Numbered from the stretch's first letter, positions 10,875 through 21,711 are shown. The stretch is DNA of 64,000 nt from an uncultured Planctomycetota bacterium (GCA_963845755.1 CAWJTV010000001.1:32001-96000); one strand, 5' to 3'. Notes: generated by a model from the letters alone, not told the origin. Numbers and translations: made by a program.

Positions 10875-11801
10875 TCAGCGGGCGCCGGGATTCGGGGATG
10901 CGATCTCGACGTCGACGCGCTGGCCGAGCTTGAGTGGAGTCGGCTCAAGCAGAGCGATCTTGACCGGCAGGACGCGGGCGTCGATCGGACGGCCGGGGTC
11001 CGCCGGACGCGTGCGACGGCCCACCACGGAATCGGGGATCTCCTCGACCGTGCCGCGCCACTCCGTTGAACCGTACCCCTCCGCCGTGATCGTGACCGGC
11101 GACCCCTGTGTTACGCGTGCCGTGTCGAACTCGTCAACCTCGGCCTCGATCCGGAGCCGGTCCAGGTCGACGATCGTCACGACCGCCGTCCCCGGCTTGG
11201 CGATCTCGCCGGGCTGGACATGCTGCGCCGTGACCACGCCGTCGATCGGCGCGGTGATGCGAGTCTTGGCGATCAGGGCGTCGAGCCTGTCGCGGCTGGC
11301 GATCGCGGCCGAGCGCCGGGCACGGGCCACGTCGAGGCCGCGGAAGTTGACGTCAAGGTTCTGCGGGGTGGTCGCATGCTTGGCCAGCAGCGCCTGGTCG
11401 CGGCGGACCTCCCGATCGTAGAAGCGAATCTCCGCCTCGGCCTCCGCGACCCGCGCGTCGGACTCGGCCCGTGAGGCCCGCAGGTCGGCCGAATTCAACT
11501 CGGCGATCAGGTCGCCGGCGCGGACTGCCGATTTCTCCTTCGCCGTCAGCCGGACAATCAGGCCCGCGACCTCGGTCCCGACGACCACCTCGGCGCCGGG
11601 ATAGGCGACGACTCGGCCCTCGGCGGTGATATGCGGCGATTCGGGCGAATCGGCCACGGGCTCGATCTCCTCGCTGGCCGGCGGCATCCAGTCGCGGAGC
11701 CGGGCGCACCACTCGCCGGATTGCGATTGCACGATGAGCCCAGTGGTCAGTAACAGCCCCGTCGCGGACAAGGCCAGCAGTTTGGAGAAAGTCGCGAGCA
11801 T
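10875..11801 (-). CDS. HlyD/DevB-family periplasmic adaptor (membrane fusion protein)
   Basis: N-terminal hydrophobic anchor, lipoyl-like VRAGDLIAEL and ITAPIDGVV motifs, coiled hairpin, LKLGQRVDV. Confidence 0.88.
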   Translation of the reverse strand: MLATFSKLLALSATGLLLTTGLIVQSQSGEWCARLRDWMPPASEEIEPVADSPESPHITAEGRVVAYPGAEVVVGTEVAGLIVRLTAKEKSAVRAGDLIAELNSADLRASRAESDARVAEAEAEIRFYDREVRRDQALLAKHATTPQNLDVNFRGLDVARARRSAAIASRDRLDALIAKTRITAPIDGVVTAQHVQPGEIAKPGTAVVTIVDLDRLRIEAEVDEFDTARVTQGSPVTITAEGYGSTEWRGTVEEIPDSVVGRRTRPADPGRPIDARVLPVKIALLEPTPLKLGQRVDVEIASPNPGAR

Positions 11802-11822
11802 TGGATCATACTCCTCAGTTGG

Positions 11823-12509
11823 TCAGGTGGCTTCGGTTCCATCCGCGATCATCCCGTCCCGGATCCGGACGACGCGGTCGGCGATCACGCGGACCTTTGG
11901 GTCGTGCGTCACAATCAGCAGCGCCCGGTTTTCCTGCTTGGCGAGCCCCCGGAACAGCTCCAGGATCTGCGTGCCGACTTGAGTGTCGAGGTTCGCAGTC
12001 GGCTCGTCGGCCAGGAGGATCGGCGCCCCGCCGACCAGGGCGCGGGCGATGGCCACGCGCTGCTTCTGTCCGCCGGAGAGGTCACGCGGCACGAAACGGG
12101 ACCGGTCGGCAAGCCCCACGGCCTCGAGCAGGCGGGCGGCCTCGCGCCGCGCCTTGACCCCCTTGGTTCCCTTGAGGTTCAGCGCGTACTCGACGTTCTC
12201 CGCCGCGGTCAGAGCCGGGAACAAATTGAACTGCTGGAACACGAACCCGATCGAGGCGCGGCGGTACCCGGGTAGGAGGTCCGGACGGTCGGGATCGACC
12301 TCGCGGCCCTCGATGCGGACCCGGCCAGAGCTCGGGGTTAGCATGCAGCCGAGGATGGTCAGGAAGGTCGTCTTGCCCGAGCCTGACGGTCCCTCCAGGG
12401 CCACGATCTCGCCCCGGTCGAGCGAGAGCGAGGCCCCGTTGAGCACGGCGACGTTCTGCGAACCCTCCCGAAACACCTTCGTCACATCACGCCCTTCCAG
12501 AACAGTCAT
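11823..12509 (-). CDS. ABC transporter ATP-binding protein (LolD/DevA/MacB-type)
   Basis: GPSGSGKTT, LSGGQKQRVAIARAL, LLADEPTANLD, VTHD. Confidence 0.95.
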   Translation of the reverse strand: MTVLEGRDVTKVFREGSQNVAVLNGASLSLDRGEIVALEGPSGSGKTTFLTILGCMLTPSSGRVRIEGREVDPDRPDLLPGYRRASIGFVFQQFNLFPALTAAENVEYALNLKGTKGVKARREAARLLEAVGLADRSRFVPRDLSGGQKQRVAIARALVGGAPILLADEPTANLDTQVGTQILELFRGLAKQENRALLIVTHDPKVRVIADRVVRIRDGMIADGTEAT

Positions 12510-12573
12510 GGGTCCGAACCTTTCCGTTTCTTGTTCGTACAACCGCCCACACTCAGGAGCCGTGTCCGGGTCC

Positions 12574-13701
12574 TTACCCGCGGAACACCAATGCCGGGTC
12601 GAGCGTGGCGACCTTCCGGCATGAGATTACCGAGGCCCCGAGGCAGAGGGCTAACGTTCCCGCGAAGACCGAGGCGGCGAACGTCGGGGCGACGTCCAGC
12701 TTCAGGTCGACCGCCGCCATGGCCGGGCGGAGCGCGTACGCCATCGCCGCGCCCAGTGCGAAGCCGGCTACCGCGGCGATCGTCGCCTGTTTGCCGATGA
12801 TTGCGTAGATGTCCGAGTTCCGCCCGCCGATCGCCTTGACGGTCGCGAACTCCTTCAGATGTTCGATTGTCGATGTGTAGAGCGTCTGCGTCACGACCGA
12901 GACGCCGACGATGCACCCGAGGAAGACTGTCATCAGCATGTTCAATCCCAGGCCGGTCGTGTCGGTCCAGTACGCTCGCGAGCGTGCCGCCCACTGGTCG
13001 CGCGTCCAGACGTCGTTGTGAGGCAGGCGGCGGCCGATCTCGGCACGGACACGCTCGGGGTCGGCCCCCGGGGAAAGCTTCACGAGGATATAGGTCGCCC
13101 GGTTTTGGAGCTCCTGCGGGACCATTGACTGGGCGACCCGGATATCCATGAACGCGATTGGCATGGTCGTGAACGACAGCGCCTCGCGCGACCGGCCGAT
13201 GATCTTCAGCCGCTGGCCGTAGAACTCGCGATAGTCGCCGACCGCGTACGCCCCGAACCGCTTCCGGGCCGAATCGTCCACGAACACGTGTTTTCCCCGC
13301 CTCAAGTTGCGGGGATCGCCCTCCTCGACCTGCCAGGGCAGTCGCCAGCGCACGCAGTCCTCCAGGCCGTAAACGACCGCATCCTCGGTGGCGCCTGTCG
13401 GCAGCGCGACTCGCACGACCCAGACGATCAGGTTATCGGCGCGTGCCACCCCGGAAACCGAGCGGACCCGCTGGAGGTAAGTCTCGGGGAACGTACTCGC
13501 GAGGTCAACGTTCGGGGCGTTCCGCGCCGTGACCCAGAGGTCGGCGGCGGATCGCTCGATCGTGATCGAGGCGTTGGAGATCAACCCCTCGAACAGCCCA
13601 ACCTGGACGAAGACCAGAGCGACGGCGAAGGCGACACCCATCACCGTGACCGCAAACCGGGTCTTGTCATGCAGCAGAATCTTCCGCGCCAGGTCCACCA
13701 T
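12574..13701 (-). CDS. ABC transporter permease (FtsX/MacB/DevC-type)
   Basis: N-terminal TM, large periplasmic domain, EFATVKAIG, C-terminal LDPALVFRG. Confidence 0.9.
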   Translation of the reverse strand: MVDLARKILLHDKTRFAVTVMGVAFAVALVFVQVGLFEGLISNASITIERSAADLWVTARNAPNVDLASTFPETYLQRVRSVSGVARADNLIVWVVRVALPTGATEDAVVYGLEDCVRWRLPWQVEEGDPRNLRRGKHVFVDDSARKRFGAYAVGDYREFYGQRLKIIGRSREALSFTTMPIAFMDIRVAQSMVPQELQNRATYILVKLSPGADPERVRAEIGRRLPHNDVWTRDQWAARSRAYWTDTTGLGLNMLMTVFLGCIVGVSVVTQTLYTSTIEHLKEFATVKAIGGRNSDIYAIIGKQATIAAVAGFALGAAMAYALRPAMAAVDLKLDVAPTFAASVFAGTLALCLGASVISCRKVATLDPALVFRG

Positions 13702-13780
13702 CACACACCTCCGCCCGATAGAGTCGTCTCGAGTCTGATCTCCGACCGAGACCAGAGACCAACGCCCGTATCGTCCCCCT

Positions 13781-14479
13781 TCAGGACGTCGCCGTGATTG
13801 CTTGGCCGAGGACAGCCCGGTAGTGGCAGGTACTCCCTGCCAACACGAACAAGTGCCAAATCGAATGATAAAAACGTTTATCATCGTTGAAGTAGAAGAT
13901 CGCCCCGGCCAGATAGCAGAGACCGCCTGCCAGCAGCCACATGGTCTCGCGCGAAGGTATGTTCGCCACGAGCTGCAGGACCGACATCACACACATAACG
14001 CCCATCACCAAGTACGGCATCGAAGAGTCGTCGTCGAGCCGGCTCATGCGGGCGACCTTCGCGAAACTCCCCGCCAGGGCAAAGCCCCACGCCGCTGCCA
14101 GACACAACCAACTGAACATCCCCTGCGAAGCGAACAGGACCATCGGTGTGTACGTCCCAGCGATCAGGACGTAGATCCCGATGTGGTCCAGGAGATGAAA
14201 GACCCGCTTCAACTCGCCGGCCGGCCGGCTATGGTACAGGGTCGAGGCGGCGTAGAGCATCACGAGCGATGCACCGTAGACGCCGCAGCCGACTGCGGAT
14301 CGCGTCGTCCCGATATTCCCGGCCAGCGTGACGAGGGCCGATAACCCGGCGATGGAGAGCACCAGGCCGAGCCCGTGTGTGATGCTGTTTACGAGCTCCT
14401 CGTCGGGACCTTGGGCGGCCGTTGCAAATGGACGCCCGGAACTCGGAATTGCTCCTCTCACCAGCACAACGGTACTCAT
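13781..14479 (-). CDS. Hemolysin III / PAQR-family membrane protein
   Basis: EELVNSITHG, ASTLYH, LDHIGIYVLIAGTYTP, HSIWHLFVLAG. Confidence 0.92.
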   Translation of the reverse strand: MSTVVLVRGAIPSSGRPFATAAQGPDEELVNSITHGLGLVLSIAGLSALVTLAGNIGTTRSAVGCGVYGASLVMLYAASTLYHSRPAGELKRVFHLLDHIGIYVLIAGTYTPMVLFASQGMFSWLCLAAAWGFALAGSFAKVARMSRLDDDSSMPYLVMGVMCVMSVLQLVANIPSRETMWLLAGGLCYLAGAIFYFNDDKRFYHSIWHLFVLAGSTCHYRAVLGQAITATS

Positions 14480-14812
14480 GGGTCCTCCTCGGAGATGTCT
14501 TCATCCCCCGAGTCCAGTCCTTCGACAGCTCCGGGGTCGCCGCAAATCCTGGGCGGCTGCAGGATGGCCCGACTCAACTTCCACTAGAAGGCGGCCGGCC
14601 GCTCCCTTGGTCTCGCTATTCTAACTATTGCCAAATCTTATCGCTCCAGACATGAGAATGCGAAAATTCTCGGATTTGTTCCTGGGGTCTGACAATCAAC
14701 GGAGCCGAAACGCTCGCCAAGGCTTTGCCACTCGAGGTGGAACCTGGAGGGCTGAGCGTACGTCCTCGGGCATGACCCCGTGGGGCATCTGACCCCGTTG
14801 GACATCAGGCAA

Positions 14813-14844
14813 GAAGGGCCGGACCTCTGCAGGCCCGGCCCTTC
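14813..14844 (-). terminator. Stem-loop downstream of ricin-lectin gene 1
   Basis: GAAGGGCCGG...CCGGCCCTTC perfect 10-bp stem about 30 bp after the stop; weak U tract. Confidence 0.55.
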
Positions 14845-14875
14845 GCTCCGGCGCTCTCCCGTGACCATCAGGTCA

Positions 14876-15889
14876 TCAGGTCTGGTTCAAATACCACTCC
14901 TGGTTGGCGGTGCCGTTCCAACTCCACTGGTCCGTCTGGATCCCTTCAGTGGTCGAGGACCCCGGGTCCTCGAGCACCAGGTGGCTATACGCGTTGACGA
15001 TCTCATAGGTCCCGTTCCCCAGCTGGTTGACCTGCCATTGCTCGTTCATGCCGGCGTTCAACTGCCACTGGATGATCCCGGTCCCGTTACTGGTCGAGTA
15101 CCCCGGGTCGCCGAGCACCAGGCCGCTGGCCTGGTTGACGATCAGGTCATTGCCGTCGGCCAGCGTGACGAACGTCCACTTCTGGTTGGCCCCGCCGTTC
15201 GACTGCCACTGAACGATGCCGGTACCGTTGCTGGCGGAGGAGTTGGGGTCGTCGAGCACAAGCTTGCTAGACGCGTTCTCGACGCTATACGTCACGGGTC
15301 CGTTGGTACTCGCCGCAATCAGCGTCCACTCCTGGTTGGCGGTGCCGCTGCCGTTCAACGTCCACTGGTCGATGTCGACGCCATTGCCGGTCTCGGAATG
15401 GGGGTCTTCCAGGTACAAGCCGTTATACTCGTTTTGCACCTGGTAGTTGCCGTCCGACAGCTTGTGGAGGGTCCAATCCTGGTTCTCCCTATTGCCGGAT
15501 TGCTCCTGGTACTGAATCACGCCGGTGCCGGGGTTGGTGCCGAAGGCGGGGTCGTCGAGCACCTTGCCGCTGGACACGTTGACGATCAGGTCAACGGTCT
15601 GACCGTTGGTGTCCGTGTAGTCCTTTTGGATGGTCCACTTCTGGTTGGCCCCGCCGTTGAGCTGGTACTGCTGGATGAGGGTCCCGTTGCTGGTCGAGCC
15701 CCCCGGGTCGTCGAGCACCTTGCCGCTGGCCGCGTTGACGATGTAATACTGCGTCACTGAGAGCAACTGCCGGCCCTCCAGGGCCTCGCAATTCAGTGGA
15801 TGGTTGCGTCGCCGCATACGGGTCATCGACCCGGTGCCGCCCCTTCTTGCCTGGGAATCTCGGCCGAATCGCTGCATGAAACCAAACAT
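14876..15889 (-). CDS. Secreted ricin-B (beta-trefoil) lectin repeat protein, about 2 trefoils
   Basis: Six IVNxxSGxVLDDP...QxW repeats; N-terminal RRRNHPLNCEALEGRQLLS motif. Confidence 0.88.
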   Translation of the reverse strand: MFGFMQRFGRDSQARRGGTGSMTRMRRRNHPLNCEALEGRQLLSVTQYYIVNAASGKVLDDPGGSTSNGTLIQQYQLNGGANQKWTIQKDYTDTNGQTVDLIVNVSSGKVLDDPAFGTNPGTGVIQYQEQSGNRENQDWTLHKLSDGNYQVQNEYNGLYLEDPHSETGNGVDIDQWTLNGSGTANQEWTLIAASTNGPVTYSVENASSKLVLDDPNSSASNGTGIVQWQSNGGANQKWTFVTLADGNDLIVNQASGLVLGDPGYSTSNGTGIIQWQLNAGMNEQWQVNQLGNGTYEIVNAYSHLVLEDPGSSTTEGIQTDQWSWNGTANQEWYLNQT

Positions 15890-16177
15890 GGTGATGTCCT
15901 CTGCTGTTGGAGTGTCACTTTCTTGCCACAACGTGTGGTAAATCCCGGATGGGAACGGGGCGGCGAGATCGCTCGCCGGACCTCACCCGGTTCCATCACG
16001 CCCCGGGAGCGGACCGGACACGATTTTCCGGCTCTGTTCCGAATCGCACCCGCCCGTGTCCGTCCCGTGGGTGAGAGGGCTATTAACAGTAAGGGCCTGG
16101 GTCAGGTCGCGGAGATCCCCGCACACTGGCGACCGGCCTCCCGGCCGCGGGGTCCCGCTGGACCATGGCGGCGGACG

Positions 16178-16277
16178 TCGGCCCACAGGCCCTGACAAAA
16201 CGGTCGGACGCCTTTCCTCGGCCCACAGGCCCTGACAAGAGGGTTGATCCCTATCCTCAAACCACAGGCCCTGACAA
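16178..16277. repeat. Three interspaced direct repeats (TCGGC)CCACAGGCCCTGACAA, period 40 then 39 bp
   Basis: Copies at 16178-16198, 16218-16238 and 16262-16277 with unrelated spacers. Confidence 0.85.
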
Positions 16278-16348
16278 GGAGGACTGAGTAACCCGATGGC
16301 AATCCCGTCAATAGTTGGTTTTGCAACTGTTGAAGGGATTTCTGCCTC

Positions 16349-18532
16349 TCACGGCCCCTTCCGGAACTCCTTGCCTGCCAGGTGAAAGACGGGCGTGGTA
16401 CATGGGTCGGTTTTTTGGAGTGTCCACTTGCCCTTGTGGATGGTGAAGGTCTCGTGCCCGGAGAGGATTTCCAGCAGCTCCAGCCCCCAGGCTAACTTCT
16501 CCTCCTTGTTTCCAATCGCCGCACCCACAAGCTTGATGCGAGCGGCGAGCAGCGCTGTACTCCCCAAGCTGCGGGAGCCGGTGACGCTGGCCGTGAGGTC
16601 GTTCTCGATTCTCTTTTTTGTACCGGGCATGCCCATGGCGGCGAGTTGATACTTGAGCCACGCGGCATCGTCGTTCTCGTTGAGAAAGGCAGCGACGGCG
16701 TCCCTCGCGGACTTATCCTTGGGCACCGGCAACGTCGCGATGCAAGCCGAAAGTCCCTTCAGCGCCAGGTCGCGGTAGAACCCTCTTGACGGACAGCCCG
16801 GCTTACTCACTGCGTCGAGCCTCCTCTCGAATTCCTTCCAGAATTCAACTTCCCGTTGCGGCGAAGTGATGGCCCTCTCCACTGCCTCGACCACGTTGAT
16901 GTTGAAGGGATTGAACGCCAAGCCGCTCATGAGCAGATCGAGGCCATGCGGCTCTTTGCGACGTGTGGGGCAGTCTGTTGAAAAAGGCAAGGGCCAATTG
17001 CCCGTCGAGGAATTCCTGAAACCCGTAATTGACGGCGTACGCGATGCTGAGCGGGTACGGCGCAACATTCCGACTCAACGGCTCCTCGGCAGAGAAGGCC
17101 CACCATTGGAGCTTGAGGTCGCCGCCCAAGATGGTGGTGCCATCGAGCCTGGCGGTCACAGATTGCACCACCCTGAGGTTGTAGCCGTCTTTTTCTGTGT
17201 GGTTGTAGACAACGAAGCAGGAATGCCCCGGCTGCCCGGCCTGGCGTGCCGGAATGCCGAAGGCGATGTCGGTCCGTCGTCCCAGGCTCGAGCAGGTACT
17301 GCAGACCCCGCCGTCTTTAAGCATCTCGGGGTACGTGCCATAAACGAAGTCGATGGGCGCAGCCGCCTGGCCTCCAGGAACACGGGAAAAAACGCGATGC
17401 CACCGACGTATTCACCGTAGCGCACAACGATGTTCTCGTCGCGAAAGCGTTTCCATATGAACTCTCGCTCGCGCAATGGCAGTCGGTCTGCGGCCAGGTA
17501 GACAAGAACGGGCCACGGTCCGGTAAGCGGGAAGAGCGGCCACACCCGTTTGTCGCCCGCGGGGAAACGAAAAGCATCGTTGCGCAGCAGGTAAGCGGCC
17601 GTTTGCGATGACGTGGACGGTCGGTCAGGCGCTTTGGGATAAAGGCCCTTGGCCTTGTACGCGTCGAGAAAAAGGTTGAAGGCCGCAGTAATCTCCTTCT
17701 GGTGCGTGGCCGGCCTGTGCCTGGAGTCGCGCGTGAGCACGTGATTGCCGCAATTAACCGCGACACGTTGCCCGTGCTCTTTCACGTAGGCATTGAATTC
17801 TCGCTGCAAGGCCGCGCTCGCGATCACGTCGCAGGCTTCCAAGGGGTGCGTCCACTTCTCGGTTGTCGGGACTTTCTTCCCGTTCACCGTCCGCGTGACG
17901 ACTCGATCCTCCGTGATCGTGCGGTCCTCGAAAAAGTTGATGATGTGATCGTTCATGTCCAGCGGCCGATCAGTCGGGTGGGTGTTCACCTTTTTCAGGG
18001 GGCTCGGTGGAATCTTGAGCTGGAACCGTGTGGTTCGTGGCGCAAGGCTGATGCCGCGCTCGGGGCAGGCCATCGTCGCCATGTCCACGAAGGGCGCATC
18101 CACCACGGCGATGGCCAGGGCGAGCTGCGTGTGTTTCTGGCGGACTTCCTCGGCACCCAAGTCCAATTCGAGCGAGCGCAAGGCAGCCAGCACCTGCGCC
18201 GGACGACCGCGCTGGATGCCATAGACCGTCGCGGCGACGGCAGGATCGGAATCCACCCAGGCGGTAAAATCCACGGGGAGGGAGTGCCGAGCCTTGGCAA
18301 GGTCGCGCAGCGCCTCGCCCTTGGCGAAGGCGAGGTAGGCGGCCTTCACCTCGGGCGTGAAGTGGTGCTTGGCCTTCCCCCACGCGGCGACGACCGCTTC
18401 GCTGGCGGGGATTGGCGTTAGCGCCGGTAGCGGCGGCGGATTCTGTGGCACGCGCTGGGGTGAATCAGACGCGGCGAGCGCGGGCGATTGCGCCACGAGG
18501 ACGGCAGCGAAGGCGATGACTTTCACGCTCAT
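16349..18532 (-). CDS. Secreted hypothetical protein with transglutaminase-like Cys/His motifs; apparent frameshifts near 17358 and 16950
   Basis: Signal peptide MSVKVIAFAAVLVAQSPALA; ORFs 17156..18682, 16845..17324 and 16349..17068 join; MLKDGGVC...FGIPARQAGQPGHSCFVVY. Confidence 0.65.
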
Positions 18533-18681
18533 TGGTTGTAGCAACCGACCACCATCCCGTTCATCATGCACCAGCAACTGCAGAGCCCGCCGGCCATCAT
18601 GGTACGGAGGTTCTGCAGCATTCCGGCGGAGACCTTCTCTTCGAAGTCTGAGGAAACCACCAGCGCCAACTGCGCGGACCA

Positions 18682-20763
18682 TCAGATGCCTAGCAGGGCC
18701 TCCAGATCATCGTCAAGGTTGCTGAGCCTGGGGGAACGACGGCCGCTCATCGAGAAATCAAGGGTAACCGTTACGCTCTTGCCCGGTGCTAGCGGCTGAT
18801 CGGCGGCGAGAACATCGCGGTATGAGCCGCCGTCGTAGGTCCCGATGGCGTTGGCCAGAGTCACCCCGGTCGGCAGGTTACCGACCCGCAGCGCAAGCGG
18901 GCCGCCGAGCGGCTGGCGGCTGGCGTTTTTGATCGTGATCGTCTGAGCCACCAGCTCAGCACCATTGCGGCTAGCCTTGGCCCGGCCGATCTTATGCATC
19001 GACCTGTGGCGAATCGTGACCGCGCTCGTCACGTTGACGGGCGCGACGGTGAACACGTTGGAGAAATCCGGCGTCAGCGTGCCTCCGGTGGCGGTCAGCG
19101 TGTAAGTCCCGGCCAAGCTCAGTGTGAGGTTCGTGAAGTCCGCCACGCCGTTGACTGCACGCACGGTCGTCGTTCCCAGCAGTTGGGCGCCCTTGGGCCC
19201 GCTCGCAATCGACAGCGTAACGAGCTGGCTGTTATTGGTGGTGATCGTATTGCCCTTCGCGTCCACGACGGCCACTGTGATCGCCGGGCTGATCGGCTGG
19301 CCGACCACGGCATTGCTCGGCTGGCCGTGAATGTCAACGCCAGCGGGATCTGAAGCGGAGACCGGTCGCAAATACCAATCCTGATCACCGTTGCCGGGAT
19401 ACCCGTCGTAACCATTGGTGTCACAGACGACCCCGTTCCCGTTTCCCTCGTTTTCGAGCACCCCGCCGGAATTCTCGTTGAATATCGCAACGAGCAATTC
19501 GCCGTCCCCCTTAAACTCTGTGAGAAGGCCCCATTCCTGGTTGAGCCCGTCGTTGAGCTGCCACTGATCGACGTTGTTGGTGGAGAAGGAGGGCGGGTCG
19601 TCGAGCACCAGGCCGCTTCCCACGTTGACGATCAGGTCATGGCCGTCGATCAGCGGTACGAACGTCCACTGCTCGTAGACCCCGTCGTTATTACTCGTCG
19701 TGATGACCCCGGTGCCCTCGCTGTTCGAGCCCTGCGAGTCCATGAACCCGCCGCTAGGATTACCGACGGAATACGTCACGGCGGGGCCGTTACCCGGCTC
19801 CAACAGGTCCCACTGCTGGTTGGCCCCGCCGAGGGGCTGAAACTGATCGATGGGGCTCCCGTTACTGGTCGAGAAGTTGGGGTCGTCCAGCACTTGGAGG
19901 CTGTACGCGTTCGTTATCACATCGAGGCCGTCCGACTGCTGGGTGACCGTCCATTCCTGGTTGTAGCCCCCCGTGAGCTGGAATTGCTCGATGTCGACGC
20001 CGTTGCCGGTCTCGGCGTGGGGGTCGTCGAGCACCATGCCGCTGGACGCATTGACGATGAAGTAATTGCCGTTGGCAATCTGAACTAACGTCCACTGCTG
20101 GTTGGCCCCCCCATCGAGCTGCCACTGCTCGATGTTTGTCACGTTACTCGTGGACCCCGGGACGTCGATCACCCTGCCGCTGGCCTCGTTGTTGATGTAG
20201 TACGTCGCGGGGGAGGCGTCACCCGCCGCCACCAGCGTCCACTGCTCGTTCTGGCCGTCGTTCAACTGCCACTGGATTATTCCCGTCCCGTTGCTGTTCG
20301 AGAACCCTGGGTCGCCGATCACCGTGTTGCTATACGCGTTGACTATCGCCTCTCCGTTCCCCGACTGGACGAAGTGCCATTGCTGGTTCAGGCCGCCGTA
20401 CGACTGCGACTGATCGATGTTGGTCCCGTCGCTGGTGGAGAAGCTGTTGTCGAGCACCAGATGGCTGGCCTCGTTTTGGATATAAATGTTGCCGTTCCCC
20501 ACCGGGACCAGGTCCCACCGCTGGTTTGCCCCGCCGTCGAGCTGCCACTGATCGATCTGGACCCCGTTGCTGGTCGAGCCCCCGGGGTCGTCGAGTACCT
20601 TGCCGCTGGCCACGTTGATGAGGTAATACCCCGAGAGCATCTGCCGGCCCTCCAGGGCCTCGCAATTCAGTGGATGGTTGCGTCGCCGCACACGGTTGAA
20701 GGGCCCGGTGCCGCGCCATCCGGCCTGTGAATCATGGGTGAAACGCTGCATGAACTCAAACAT
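18682..20763 (-). CDS. Secreted ricin-B lectin repeat protein (about 3 trefoils) with C-terminal Ig-like domains
   Basis: About nine QxW repeats; NHPLNCEALEGRQMLS motif; QPSNAVVGQPISPAITVAVVD...GVADFTNLTLSLAGTYTLTAT Ig-like module. Confidence 0.88.
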   Translation of the reverse strand: MFEFMQRFTHDSQAGWRGTGPFNRVRRRNHPLNCEALEGRQMLSGYYLINVASGKVLDDPGGSTSNGVQIDQWQLDGGANQRWDLVPVGNGNIYIQNEASHLVLDNSFSTSDGTNIDQSQSYGGLNQQWHFVQSGNGEAIVNAYSNTVIGDPGFSNSNGTGIIQWQLNDGQNEQWTLVAAGDASPATYYINNEASGRVIDVPGSTSNVTNIEQWQLDGGANQQWTLVQIANGNYFIVNASSGMVLDDPHAETGNGVDIEQFQLTGGYNQEWTVTQQSDGLDVITNAYSLQVLDDPNFSTSNGSPIDQFQPLGGANQQWDLLEPGNGPAVTYSVGNPSGGFMDSQGSNSEGTGVITTSNNDGVYEQWTFVPLIDGHDLIVNVGSGLVLDDPPSFSTNNVDQWQLNDGLNQEWGLLTEFKGDGELLVAIFNENSGGVLENEGNGNGVVCDTNGYDGYPGNGDQDWYLRPVSASDPAGVDIHGQPSNAVVGQPISPAITVAVVDAKGNTITTNNSQLVTLSIASGPKGAQLLGTTTVRAVNGVADFTNLTLSLAGTYTLTATGGTLTPDFSNVFTVAPVNVTSAVTIRHRSMHKIGRAKASRNGAELVAQTITIKNASRQPLGGPLALRVGNLPTGVTLANAIGTYDGGSYRDVLAADQPLAPGKSVTVTLDFSMSGRRSPRLSNLDDDLEALLGI

Positions 20764-21116
20764 GGCGATTTCCTCTTCTGTGTTTCTTGCCACAACGTGG
20801 TGTAAATCCACGATTTGAGCGATGCTGCGAGATCGCTCGCCGAATCTCACCCCGTTCCATCACGCTCCGGGAGCGGACCGGACACGATTTTTCGACCCAC
20901 CCGTGTCTGTTGGCGCGGGGAGATGGCAATGGACAGTTAGGGACGTCAGGTCGTGTCGATTCCCAGACAAGGGGACCGGCTGTCCCGGCCACAGGGACAC
21001 CTGGGGGAGAAAGGAGCGAAATCTCTCGCTTGCCCGCGAGACGGCCTGTGGGCCGTGACGACGGACCGTCGATCCAGTCATGCGTGTTGGTTGTGTTGAT
21101 GTGACGGGAGCTGAAC

Positions 21117-21711
21117 ATGTATGAGAGCACCGTGTTCCCCGACTTCATCCGTCGGATTCGCGCTGGCGACGATCAGGCGGCGCGCGAGCTGGTCGAGCGC
21201 TATGAGCCGGTGATCCGATGCCAGGTGCGCCTGCCTGCGCGATCCGCGGCTGTACAGCCGGTTCGACTGGACCGACATCTGCCAGTCGGTGATGGCCAGC
21301 TTCTTTGTGCGTGCGGCCGCCGGCCACTACGAACTGGAGCAGCCCGACCAGTTGCTGCGGCTGTTGGTGGTCATGACCCGGCGCAAGCTGGCCAACCAGA
21401 AGCGCCGGCATTGTGCGGAGATGCGCGACTGTCGAACGGGTGGCCGAGTGCGACCCGGCGTATCTCGACGGCCGAATGCAAGTCCCCAGCCCCAGCCGGC
21501 TGGTCGGCGGCCGCGAGCAGCTTGCCGAGGTGAGTCGCCGGCTCTCCAAAGAGGAGCGGCTGCTGGCCGAGCTGCGGGGCGATGGCTACGGCTGGACGGA
21601 GATCGCCGCCAGGCTGGGTGGCACCGCCGACGCGCGCGCCGCAAGCAACTGGCCCGCGCGGTCGATCGCGTCGAACAGCAGCTCAAGGGGAGTGAGATCG
21701 GCGATGACTGA
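21117..21711 (+). CDS. ECF-type RNA polymerase sigma factor (planctomycete, kinase-associated); about 3 apparent frameshifts
   Basis: IRRIRAGDDQAARELVERYEPVIR, DICQSVMASFF (region 2), RRLSKEERLLAELRGDGYGWTEIAARLG (region 4) spread over frames. Confidence 0.85.

Noticed and set aside
21413..21703. Sigma region-4/kinase fusion implied by the 1392-aa ORF
   Set aside because: Explained by indels in the sigma gene; the kinase has its own ATG at 21704 overlapping the sigma end
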